From: the human T2T-CHM13v2.0 reference genome, Homo sapiens
Direction: 5' to 3' (one strand)
DNA: 64,000 nt
NCBI RefSeq assembly: GCF_009914755.1
Contig: NC_060934.1
Every line of letters starts with the position of its first letter. Positions within the stretch are counted from its first letter, which is position 1. The notes under the pieces were generated by a model, which was not told the origin of the DNA, did no database searches, and saw only the letters and a list, made by a program, of their open reading frames with translations. The position numbers and the translations under genes were made by a program. Below are positions 1-20,455 of the stretch, one piece after another.

Positions 1-264
<264 letters not shown>

Positions 265-355
265 AATAGATCCTATGATTAATCCCCATTTACAGATGAG
301 CCTTAGGTTTAGATGGCTTAAGTAATTTGCCTAAAGACACACACGAAGTTGATGG

Positions 356-929
356 TGTTCAGGACTTCTCAAAATGTGGCACCTTGGCATTTGAGCAAAC
401 AGCAGAAGCAGGAAAGTCTCTCTCACCTTCCACAGCCCCTCTTCCCTGAAGCAGACGATAAAACCTATGAAGACCTATGAAGGCCGTCCTGTGACCTCCT
501 GCTCTTCTCCCCTGAAGCAGGTCATAAGACCCTCATTCGACAGATACCCTCCCTTTGCCCAGAGGAAAGGAATATCCTTATCTGTGAAGACATAGAGCAT
601 AGAAAAGAATCCGAACAAACAGGCCTTGCTAAGCCTCCCCTCAGTTTATTACCATTAGGCCACACCCTTTGTCCTCCAACCATACTTCTCCATGACAGTC
701 AAACTTACTTATAAAAATCAAACCTACTTACAAAACCTTTATCAAACCTACTTATAAAAATACACAAGTTACCACTTCCTTTGGATCTTTATTCTGAAGG
801 CTCCCGTGTCATGTAAAGCTTGTATTAAATAAATTTGTATGTTTTTCTCTTATTAATCTGACTTTTGTTACAGGGGCCTCAGCCATGAACCTAGTGATGG
901 GTGAGAGAAGAAATCTTTCCTCTCCTACA
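356..929 (+). mobile_element. Solo ERV1 LTR (MER34/MER39-like) inserted into a MIR
   Basis: TG...CA ends, aaaatgtggcaccttggcatttgag near the 5' end, AATAAA at ~828, ends ttcctctcctaca. MIR-like sequence on both sides (~265-355 and ~930-1000). Subfamily from memory. Confidence 0.65.
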
Positions 930-1709
930 AAATAAAGGCAAAAAACTGAGATTCACACCCAGACAGCCTCACTCTAGAGTCTGAGCCCGTTGATTCCTGT
1001 ACTCTATTGCCCCTTAATGTGAGTGGCTCCCCTTGAAACACAGCCCCATTAAATAGCCACAGTGAGGAACGCTGACCCAGACAACTCCCAAAGACTGAAA
1101 TGAACATGTTCTTTCACTTGCTGTTCCTATATTCACTGCCACTGCTTTTCCTGGACCTGGTTTAAGAATCGGATGGCTCTAGCTCAGCTGGAAGCATTTT
1201 AATTGAATTCTGGATGAAAATAAGCACGAGTCAACTAAAAGGCTATATTTAATTTGGTATTTGAATGGGGAAAGATGAAAAAGCTTAAACTACAAGTTTA
1301 AAAAAAAGAAACTTGGTTGCTCTTTTGAACCTGAACTAAACATGAAGAACAAAGTGTTGTATTGTTTAGAAAGTAACAGACCTAACAGGAAAAATTTAAA
1401 TTAAAAAAGAATCTAGTTAAGGTGTCTGAATCATGTTGAATTTTTTCTCCTCACTGTTGTTTTATAACAATTCCCTTGGGGATTTTGAAACCTGAAAACA
1501 TTTTCCCTGACACGCACACACATACAGCCCTGTTGTTATGGAAGTCAGTATTTTTTAAAACCTGCTATAAAGGAACATAACAACGAACAGTACACAAAAC
1601 TACAAATATTTAATGAGGAAATGGAAATAGGATTAAAACTGCCAATCGCTGTGATATAATTAGTAAATAATAAGTACTGACTTGGACGATTTAAGAAAAT
1701 TTAAAACCA

Positions 1710-2333
1710 CACCGGGCGGGGTGACTTATGACTTGAGTTCAGAGGGATGGCTGGACTCCAGAGGAGAGATGGCTTGACTTCCGGGAAGAGCCAGCCAGAA
1801 ACAGGCAGACTTTGGGGTAAGATTACTTGCCCATCCTGTCCCTTCTCCAGCTCCCATGTCTGCTGAGAGCCATTTCCATCACTTAATAAAATTCTCTGCC
1901 TTCAACATCCTTCAAGTGTCTGGGCAACCTCATTCTTCTTGGATGCCAGACAAGAGTTCAGGACCCATTGGGTGCGGGTACCCAGAAAAGGCTGTCACAC
2001 TGGCCCTTTGCCCTCAGTGGCAGAGGGCAGCCACCCCACATGACGAGGCAAGGGTACCACTGAGCTGATCACACGCTGCTGTCCACAGACAGCGGGACAA
2101 AGAGAACATTCTAACATGCCCTCTGGGGCTTTGGGGATCGCTGGCACCCTCACCTAGACACTGCCACGGGGCCCACACAGAGCCTGCTTCTGCCAGCACC
2201 CAAAATGGCCAGCCAGATCCCATACTCACTTGCTCACGTGCTCCCTCCCACAAGGGGTTGAGCACAGAGAGCCAAATAAATGGGGCACCCCCGTCACAAG
2301 TCTGACGAAGAGGTCAAGAAAAATCCTGCATCA
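1710..2333 (+). mobile_element. 5'-truncated ERVL-type LTR (MER54/LTR18-like)
   Basis: GC-richer block with AATAAA at ~1885 and terminus aaaaatcctgcatca. Subfamily uncertain. Confidence 0.6.
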
Positions 2334-4574
2334 ATAATATCTTTAGAAAATTAAACAAACTTTTCCTATCACCAAGTAAAGAGAGAAATGTAGACCTTTG
2401 ATGAAAGGTTTTTGGTCAAAATCAAGGTTTTCCCTGACAAACAATGGCAAGATAAAATCCAACCATCCTGCTGTCCCCTGCTCACATGATCTGTGAAGCC
2501 TACCATTTTCAGTTTGTACATGTTTCTTTCCTAGGGAGAACACAAAGGGAATTATTGATTTCTGGTAATGTTGTGGTATACACTGAAAGAAAACAAATAG
2601 CAAGATTTAAGGGCTCACTGTGGTTATTTTTCCTTGCATTCGTTTCAAAGCTTCTACTCCTTCCCCATTGCCCTGTGACACAGCCATCAAAGACCAGAAA
2701 TAACTCCAAATGCAACAAGGCTGCCAAAATGAAACTGGCAATCTCAAACAGAGGTGGGGAGGAGGGTGGAGAGGGGCCTTTTCTTATATCTGTGACCTCG
2801 GGCTATAGAACCGAATAAATGGCCAGTCCGCAACAGCACAGTGACAATCTGCTGGGGATCCCTGCTCACTTGGCTTTCCCAAATGAGGCTCGCTCTTTTC
2901 TTCAATCTTAGACAAAGCTGTGGTTACTCTCTTCCAAGATCCCTCTTTTAAGAAAATCTACTTCTTGTGCTGGTGGCCTCGGTGAACTATTTGCTGTCTC
3001 AATACTACTTGAATAAGAAGAAATTCAGTTTTGAAGTTAAAAATGAAAATTCAAAATATTCAAGTCTTACGCTATTTATAATCATTCTTGACACACATGA
3101 GATAAACCAACCTTTAGAATATAATCTGATGCAACTGAAAGTAAGTACAGGGGGTTCAATTAATTCAAGTATTTAGAAGGATGTTCTAGGTCATATTTCT
3201 CTCTAAGAAAGGATGCTATTGTTCTCATGTATGGCAATCAGACTTTTGAAACTCAAAGCAGAGTGAATAGGAATAGCAAATGCATGCTACTTTGAGGTTT
3301 TCCCAGTGTTTTTCTTCCACAGCCTGTTTACCAACTTCTATTTCTCACAATTATCCCGTTTATAGATAAAAGTAGTAACACTATTTTGTACTTAATAATA
3401 ACACTTAACCACCTACCTCCCTATGAGGGATGGTATGAACAGAAGACAGGCTGACAAGTACTTTGAGCTCTTTGGGAAGGCACTCCCAGTATGAAGCCTT
3501 GCTGTGGTTAAATAACACCTTTCATCTAAGGATCTAAAAGTGTCTTACAAAGCCCAGCTCATTAACTCCAAAAAAATTGCTATGATATAAACCAGAGCTG
3601 AGCATTATTATCCCCATTTATATAAGAAACAGGGACAAGCTAGGACCACTAATACTGTCAGAGAAATTTAAGAGTTCCTGGGATGAGGCCTAGGATACAG
3701 GCCAGTGGAAGGCCACGTCCACAAGGCAGTGTGTATGGGCCTCTCAATTCCAATAACAAATATGTACCAAAGAATGCCAAGTGGGGAAGCAGGTCCATCC
3801 TTAGGCTGTGCATATACAACCAGATAGCAAAGAATGAGGAGCAAATGATGTGAAAAGCTATCATCACAGCCCTTGGAAGATCCCAATTGCAAAACATCAA
3901 AACAAATAATGGTATATTTCAGATGCATTCCTCATAAAAGAGGCATGTAGGTACAGGACTAGTATGACTTCAGGGAGCAAACAGAAAGATACAAATACCA
4001 GACTAAAAATATAATCGATTTTGAAAAAAAAAAAATCAAGGTTCTTCGTATGTCATGTTACTAATCTCACTCAGAATTAAGATCACTTTATTGGGAGTTA
4101 AGTCATCAAAAAGAATTAAGTTCACAAATAAGTTACCCCCCCCCCCAAAAAAATAAATTTTGTTTCAAAGTTATGTTTATTAAAATTCCTCAAACCTAAA
4201 AAAAAAAAATTCTGAGTTTCTGCCAAATACCGTGCATTTGTCTTCTGGGCCACCTGTGAGATTACTTCTGAGGAGACCAAATGTGGGAGGTAGGAAGAGG
4301 CAAGAAGGAAATGGAGATCCACCACATCCGGGGTCAAAAAAAACCTTCCATCTACTTTAAAAATACTCACATGGGCTGTGCCCAAGTGGATTCTTTCTAA
4401 ACATCATCACAGAAGAATGTAATTGAGTCTGTTTACCCTAAGGTAAGTCATGCTCCTCTACACACAGACACACATACCTTCACCTAGGTACAAAAAAATT
4501 GATATTTCTTTTCTACTGAAGAAAGGGCACAAAAAGTTTCTTGGGCAGACTAGACGTTTTTAATGCTTTCCTAT

Positions 4575-5490
<916 letters not shown>

Positions 5491-7278
5491 TTATCAATGA
5501 CTACAGACCCACTCCCTCCCCCAATTTCTCCATCTTTAAACAGGGATGATCCTTTACAAAGATGTTCTGCAGTTAAAGATAAATTATAAGATGAAATTTT
5601 GAGCTCTGATTATTATTGTCACTCACTGACTATAATCTCTAATGCATCACTGCAGGAACCAAAATGCAGAGTATCCTTAAAAGAAAAAAGGAAGAAGGTT
5701 TATCAGGTACTCTGACAGCTTACAGGCTCTACAGTCATTATCTGGTCTCATAGGGCTGTAATATTTTTAAAGACCAAAATAGGAACATCTACTTCAGAAT
5801 AAAAGACAATGAGGGTGGCAGGTAGTGACTATCCTAGAGTCATCTCCAAACACAGCTTAACTCTGCCCAAGATGCCACTTTTAATCTGAAACATCAGACT
5901 GCAGTGATCAGTGGTGTGAGAGCCAATAATATTATAGTAGCTAATAATAGCCAATAAAAGAGAGGACATAATGCCCTTCCAGAAGGCCTGGGGCACCTCA
6001 GATCCAAGGAGAAAGGTCAAGGGCAGTCTGTGGGAGGAGCAATTCTTATCAACATCGTGGCCTCTATTAGGAGAGCAGCAAAAAGGCTGTTAAGTCAGTA
6101 GAACAGCTGTGATTTTTCAACCCATCAGCAGGCCACTCCTGTTTTTGTCTCCATTAAAATAGTACCAAAAGGCTTGTGTGTCCCCAGAGCCCAAGTCCCC
6201 TCTCCACTGACTGAGATGGCATTCCTTGCACAGAATGGGAACAGCAACTTCCCCTCACTCATCCTGCTCTCAAATCACCTGCCTGTCTTGCTGCAGTGAG
6301 CAAGAGGAATGCTCAAATGAGCATTAGCCTGACCTAAGGATGTGCTGGCAGAAGGCAGACAAACAGAGCCAGGGAGGGAAGGCTTGAAAACTTCCTTCAA
6401 ATAATCACTCAGGGATGCACTTTGGGAATTTGGCCTGAGGCTCACTGCTGATGTAAGGATTATCAAGTTTAAGACTGCTGGTAAGGCCAAATGACCTATT
6501 AGAGGATGAATTAAAACCGCTATATACAAACAGGATGCCAGGCAGTTCTGCTGAGCACCTCAAAATTCAAAATGCCAAGGGATTTCCCCTCTCTGCAGTC
6601 TTTCAATTTTGAAAAATAGTAAGAAAATAATATGAGTAGGGGTAGGAGGTAGAGGAGAAAAGAGGCTACGCTGACCCGGCTGGAGAACCCACACCTAATC
6701 TCCGCCTAATCTCGGCACAGGCTAGGCACACTCCGCCCGTTTCCACATTACGTCACAGAATTAGCCTCAGAGATGAGAGGTGAAAGTTCAATTTGCTGCA
6801 TTATTTCTTCCCAAAGAAGCCTTGCCACAGGGCATGGGTATTACTGCTTTACCTGACAAAACTGCCCCTGGGGCTGATGGCTAGCAGAGACTCTTCAAGC
6901 CTGTGACTAGCAACCCTAAGGGCAGGTGCCCTTTCAGAACTAATCTAGATGATGTTTCTGCAGATAAATTCTCTCCCTTAGAAAAATACCTCTTCTTAAT
7001 GCTCTTATTTCTGGTGTGGTCATCTTCCCTCAGGTATTATTCATAATGGTCCCTCAAACAAATGCAACAGAAGATAAATGTTTGGTCTCCGTATTACACA
7101 GTAGAAAGGAAGAGCAAGTCAGCAGAAATGAATCCTTAGAGGGGAGTACACAGGGGACAGCAACAGGGACATTTCTTCCTGGCCCCCGGCTTTTGGGAGG
7201 CTGGGCACAAAGTGGCTGACTATTGTGCCAAGGCAACAGATTCAGGAGCAGCATGGAGGAAACCAGTCACCAGCCTCA

Positions 7279-7652
<374 letters not shown>

Positions 7653-7948
7653 TCAGACAATGCAAAGAGTACACATGCATATAAATAACAGCTATCCAAA
7701 TAATGGCTGGCCTTGGATTGGCTCCCTGGAAGAGGGGAGAGAGGCTGCCACATGTTATCAACTAAGTTATTTTCAACTAAGTTACCTCATTAGACGGGAA
7801 GACATGAAATACTGCATCCTCTGTCAGAACCAAAGGAAACATGCCTTGAGTAGCACCACTGTAACTTTATAGACTCTAACACACACTTTTCTATAATCTA
7901 ATTCAGATGGCCCTCCTTCCCCTCTGCAAAGGTGTGGGCTAGATGTCA

Positions 7949-8776
<828 letters not shown>

Positions 8777-9039
8777 AGCATCATTTTTTAAGAAGACATC
8801 ACAGCTTCATAGCATAGTGAGCTTCACTCTTGTTTCTTTTACCTCTTTCCACCAGTGTCCTCTAACATTTGGAATAACACTTAGCCATTGTTGATACAAA
8901 GCCCCCGAAACTAAAACGGTTTTATTTGGTCTGGTCTCTAACAAAGGGCTGCTTCAAAGAGGACAGTGCCCTGTCACCATCTCTGGGTCCAGATTTATAT
9001 TCTGCTACTGGTTTGTTTATACTGTAGCTAAAAACACAC

Positions 9040-9735
9040 AATGCAGAATATATGTACAATGGAATAATATTCAGCCTTAATAAGGAATGAAATTCTGACA
9101 TATGCTACAACATAGGTGAACCTTGAAAACATTATGCTGAGTGAAATAAACTGGACACAAAAGGACAAATGTACAATTCCACTTACATGAGGTACCTAGA
9201 GTAGTCAAATTCATAGAGACAGAAACTGGAGTGGTGGTTACCAAGGAGAAGGGGAAATGGGGAGTTGTTCATTAAAATGAGTTTTAATTTGGAATGATGA
9301 AAAAGTTCTGGAGATGGATAGTGATGATGGTCGCGTAACAACATGAATGTACTTAATGCCACTGAATTGTACACTTAAAAATGGTTAAAATAGCCAATCT
9401 TATGTATATTTTACCACAATTTAAAAAAACAACGGCCGGGTGCAGTGGCTCACACCTGTAAGCACATCACTTTGGGAGGCCCAGGTGGGTGGATCACTTG
9501 AGGTCAGTAGTTCAAGACCAGCCAGGCCAACATGAAACCCCATCTCTACTAAAAATACAAAAATTTGCCAGGCATGGTGGCACACGCCTGTAATCCCAAC
9601 TACTCAGGAGGCTGAAGCACGAGAATCACTTGAACCCAAGTGGTGGAGGCTGCAGTGAGCCGAGATCCTCCACTGCACCCCAGCCTGGGCAACAGAGCTA
9701 GACTCTGCCTCCAAAAAAAAAAAAAAAAAAAAAAA
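9040..9735 (+). mobile_element. L1M (L1MB-like) 3' end followed by AluS (9434-9735)
   Basis: Typical old L1 3' UTR (aatggaataatattcagcc...tatattttaccacaat) then an Alu dimer with poly-A. Confidence 0.8.
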
Positions 9736-11177
9736 CCCCAACATACAATGGACCCAAAGTGACCCACTCATTTCATCAGTGAACTACATCCAAAATAATA
9801 TGAACAGTCCTAGAAATGAACACATAAAAAAGATAAGTATTTTCTACAGTAAGAACAGACATCCCGTTCAAAGAGTTCATAAGAATGACATCACAGGAAC
9901 CAAAGACAATTGAATATTTATTCCCCCTCCCTCAAATGCACCAAGCAAGCATGTAGCTTAGTGTTTTATATTTAGTAGGTATTCAATAAACATTACCAAA
10001 TATTTATTTTCATTCTGATAAGAACCAGAAATGATTTTAAGAAAGGTAATGCTAACCTCTTAATTTTTTTTCTATTTCTTGCTATTGTGCTGGCTGGGCC
10101 CTTTCAAAAACCCTGCATCATTCCCTGCCTGACCCAGGACAACACATGGAAGTATTCCAGTCCCACTGCAAAGAGGAATAACCTGTGAACATGAATTCAA
10201 AAGAGAGCAAAGGTATTTTACAGACCAGGGAAGGTGCATCTTCCCAGAATGGATGTTGGCTTCTGCCAAAAATCAGTCAATTTCTTGTTTTGCAGTTCCA
10301 TGTTAACAATGGTTTCACCTCACTGACAGCCATATCTTCAGATGCTCTCATTAGTGTTTTAAGACTTCACTGTCCAGGCAAAGTAACACATAAGACACAT
10401 TTAAAAATTCCAAGGAAAAAATTTGGTGAAACACAGCTTAGATTTGAATCTTCCTTTCCCTCACCCCCTAAATAGACTGAAATAAGAAGCTACAACACCA
10501 AACTGAAGCATTTCAAACTGTACTTTTTCCTTATATATCTGATGCTCTAAGGAACTGCCCAATCACCTGTCAGAAGTCTTTCAGATCCTTTAAAACATAG
10601 TATATTGCTTTTCTATTGCTGTCAAAATATGAAAAGCCCCTAATAATCTTCTGCAATCTCCTATTTTTATAGCTTTTCATCATCAAAGAAGGGAGGCAGA
10701 GCCATATCTTATCACTAACAAAGCACCATATTCTAGCAGGATGTCTTGTCACAATCTCCTTCCTAAACTTTCACATTTTTCTGACATTCATGCTAATTGT
10801 AAAATTAGCACCATTTACTTGCAAGTTCAGTGCACTTTATTTTTCATTCAATATTTTTTATTAATACCTTCTGTAATAAGGCATAAATGAAGCTGCCTTC
10901 AAACAAAATCACTGTCCATGTTTCAAGTTAATCAGTGCATACCATAGAGAAGCACAGAATTAATTTTGGATGTATTTTGAAATAAAAGAAAGTTAAATGT
11001 AAATGTAAGCTCATTATTATCTTTATCAGCTGAGTCTTGCTATGTGTAGTAATAAAGCTGCAATCAAATTTAATTGAGAAATGAACTTGAAAGATTGTGA
11101 GTATGAGCTATAGGTATATTCAGTTTGCGGCTCTCTTTTCTTGAGTTGAGTAACCTAATTTTAAAAAAGAAATAAAT

Positions 11178-11480
11178 GGCTGGGCGTGGTGGCTCACGCC
11201 TATAATCCCAGCATTTTGGGAGGCCGAGGCAGGCGGATCACGAGGTCAGGAGATCGAGACCATCCTGGCTAACATGGTGAAACCCCGTCTCTACTAAAAA
11301 TACAAAATATTAGCCGGGCATGGTGGCGGGCCCCTGTAGTCCCAGCTACTCGGGAGGCTGAGGCAGGAGAATGGTGTGAACCCGGGAGGCGGAGCATGCA
11401 GTGAACTGGATCGCACCACTGCACTCCAGCCTGGGTGACAGAGTGAGACTCCGTCTCAAAAAAAAAAAAAAAAAAAGAAA
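11178..11480 (+). mobile_element. AluY
   Basis: gagatcgagaccatcctggctaac diagnostic and poly-A tail. Confidence 0.9.
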
Positions 11481-11663
11481 CATTTGCTAGAAATGAAAAT
11501 AATTAGTTAAACAGAAATTCAATAGGATTGACTGTTGTTAACTATATCTTTATGACATAATTAGTTTATCTTGAGGGCCTATTAAATAAATGCATCATAT
11601 TTAATCATAAAGCAAAATTGTGTTGGGTGAAATAAAAGAAAAACTAAACTCTAACCTCTAAGA

Positions 11664-11951
11664 CAGGAGTCAGCAAACTTTTTTTTTTAAAGGCCAGGAG
11701 GCCACACGGATTCCACCACAAGTACACAACTGTGCCAAATGGTGTGTAAGTAAATGAGCTGAGCTGTGTTTCAACAAAGTTTTACTTATTTGGATTTCAC
11801 ATAATTTTCACATCATTAAATAGTACAGTATTCTTCTTTTGATGTTTTTTCAATCATTAAAAAATGTAAAAACTATTCTTGGTTAGAGGGCCATAAAAAA
11901 TACAGGTGGTGGGCCACGTTTGGCCTTCAAACAGTAGTTTGCCAAGTCCTG
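11664..11951. mobile_element. MER58-like hAT-Charlie DNA transposon
   Basis: Terminal inverted repeats caggagtcagcaaact / agtttgccaagtcctg; 8-bp TSD ctctaaga / ctttaaga. Confidence 0.8.
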
Positions 11952-13645
11952 CTTTAAGAGTTTATTATATGAAGTACAAGGCAAAAAATATCCCCTCTGG
12001 CAAATCTAGTGTTCTATTGATGCATAAGAAAAAATCTTTTTCTTCTCTCCTTCCAAAATCTGATGTCTGTAGAAAACAGTTCCAAAAAAGTTTCCTGAGT
12101 GCCTGCCAGGTGCAAGACACATTGCTAAGCACTGAGAGGCACCTAAGAGGTCTCTGAACAATCAAAGTAGGGAGAGGGGGGTAGCTGAGAGATGGAGAGA
12201 GCTCTATTGATTTGGACAGCTCTTACCATTAAGGAAGAGGTAGTATCTGTATTGGACTTTGAAGAACAAGTATCATTTGAATACAGGGAGACTGTAGTAA
12301 AAGAAAAACACAGAGATAAGGACAAAACCTTAGGGAATAGACATATTATGGAGTGAATTTTTTAAAAAGTAGCTCCAGAGTCAGGAAGAAAACCAGGAGA
12401 GCCAGCTGCCACTGAAGCCAAGAGAAGAAAGCATTTGAAGGAGAAAAGGGCTTAACACTCTCAGTGCAGATACTGGGGAAAAAGTAAAAGTAGGTCAAGG
12501 CACTGAACAAACAGGGGCTATCAATGACTTTTTACAGTGTTGTTTTGGTATAATGGTAGAGGTGGCAGACAGGTTGGAGAGAATAAATAGGGACTAGTCT
12601 GAAAGGGACGGTGGCAGGAAGAATGGCTTTATAGTGTTTATTCAGACTAGAGAAATGGGTTCTCCTTCCTTAAAACAAAAAACACTCTCATGAAAGATGC
12701 AGCTACTTTCTTAGTAAATTGCTCTAATATGAAACACTCTAATAAGAAAGTTGTTCTTTATACCAATTAAATTCTTACACTCTTTGAAATCAAATGGCCC
12801 AATTTATGTGGTAAGATCAACAGTTAATAAAAGGTGCATCTATCGTAAACATTGCAAAAAGACACAGCCAAGAATCAACAAACTTTTCTGGAAGGTGCTA
12901 TATAAACACACGTACACCCCAAATGGTTAAGTGTCCTACTAAGCTCCTAAGTGTATGCCTGTCTGTCCTTCTTTCTTCATAAAATTTTTTATTTCAACAT
13001 AGTTTTACACTTATAAAAATGTAATAAGAATAGTAAAAGGAATCCTGAATAGTTTTATCCTTCCTTCTTTTTTAAAAACCTACTTCAAGAAAAGCATTCT
13101 TTGGCTGAACTTCCTGCTTTTTGTTCTTTGTAATGTAGATACTGCCATTAAATTTTGGCCATCAGTTTAAAAACTGTTAGGACTCAAGTAGTTTAGTTAA
13201 TGTTGTCCATGATTCAGTCACAAGTTGTAAGAAAGCAAAGTACAATATAAGCTCACTTAACAGAGTTCCTGTTTAAAATTCATTGGGCTTCTTTAATCTT
13301 CAGATTGATGTTTTTCACCAACCATGCCCCATTCTCTCCTTCTGAGGTTCCAATTAAATATATGTTAGATCTTCTCACTTACTATCCTGAACGTTTTGTT
13401 CTCTTTCTGTAATTTTTATCTCTGTCTATGCATCATTCTACATAATTTCTTCTGATCTAACTTCCAGTTCACGATTTCCCTCTTCAGCTATGTCTAATTT
13501 GCTGCTAAACCCATACACTGAGCTCTTTATTTCAGTTATTGCCTTTTATAGATCTAGCATTTCTATTTGGTTCTTTTTCAGAACTGTTATATTGGTTTTT
13601 CTTTTTAATAGTTCCCAATTCTCTGATAAAAATTTTAAGCTTGCC

Positions 13646-13934
<289 letters not shown>

Positions 13935-14919
13935 TAAATTTTAAGAATTAAAAAACAAATTTAAGCTTGGCTTTGATTTCTTCGAACACAGTAAGCATAG
14001 TTGTTTTTAGTCCAAGTCTGATAACTCTAGTATGTCATATATTTATGAGTTTTATAAGTCTGTTTGCTTATTGTGACTGGTTTCCTCTTATGTCTAATCA
14101 TCTTTGACTGTGTATTGGCCACTTTTGGAGAAAAAGTTCCCTGGAGGAATATTTTTAGGCAGAGGGTGATGGTACCTTCTTCCAGAGATTTCTGTTTGCT
14201 ACTGCCATATGCCTGGAAGCACTACCAGTTCAGAGCCTCTTTCATCCAAGATCAAGACCTTAGGGTCTATTTCCTCCTTTTAGAACACTAATGTTAATTT
14301 TTGCACTGATTGAGAACGCTCTTTGTCATATTTTCCCCTCATATTTTCTCTTTGCCATTTGCCAGAGATTTCCTTGACTCTTTCTTCCAGTCTTTGATTA
14401 AATATGCATATATGTGAGTGCATATATGTAATCTCCAAGGACCCTCTCATTCTCTAATTGATCCTTTTAAATAACATTTTTACTTTCCAAATGATTCTTC
14501 AGGAAGTTGCATATCTGTTTCACTAACAATTGTCTACTTCACATGATTGTCAAGAATAATGTCATTGCTTTCAATGCTATATATAAAAGCTATTACAAAA
14601 TATTAGTATGGCCAACTGAACTGCAGTTTGTGTATTAGCTTTAAAAGCCTGGAGAAGAAGTGACATCTGCTAGTGATTTTACTTAAACAATGTTAAAATA
14701 TCCAGTCATAGAAATATAACGTATTAAAAAAGGCACAAGAGCCATGGTGAAAATCAAGGGACAATAACTTTATCCTAAATTCCATTTGCTGTTATATATC
14801 CTGCTATAATAGTGCAATGGGACATTTAGCAATAGATAATCAAGGAAAGACTTTCTGAGAAATTTGAGTTTTGAGAAAAAAATCTAAAGAAGAGCCAAGT
14901 GACTAAGCAAATAATTTTC

Positions 14920-15657
<738 letters not shown>

Positions 15658-15709
15658 CTAAATGCTAGTCTCCCTTTGCAAGCATTAATATCTTTTTTTA
15701 AAAGCTACA

Positions 15710-20455
<4,746 letters not shown>

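Noticed and set aside
4136-4146. C11 homopolymer (G-run on the transcript)
   Set aside because: Isolated run without four separate G-tracts; an ordinary mononucleotide repeat.
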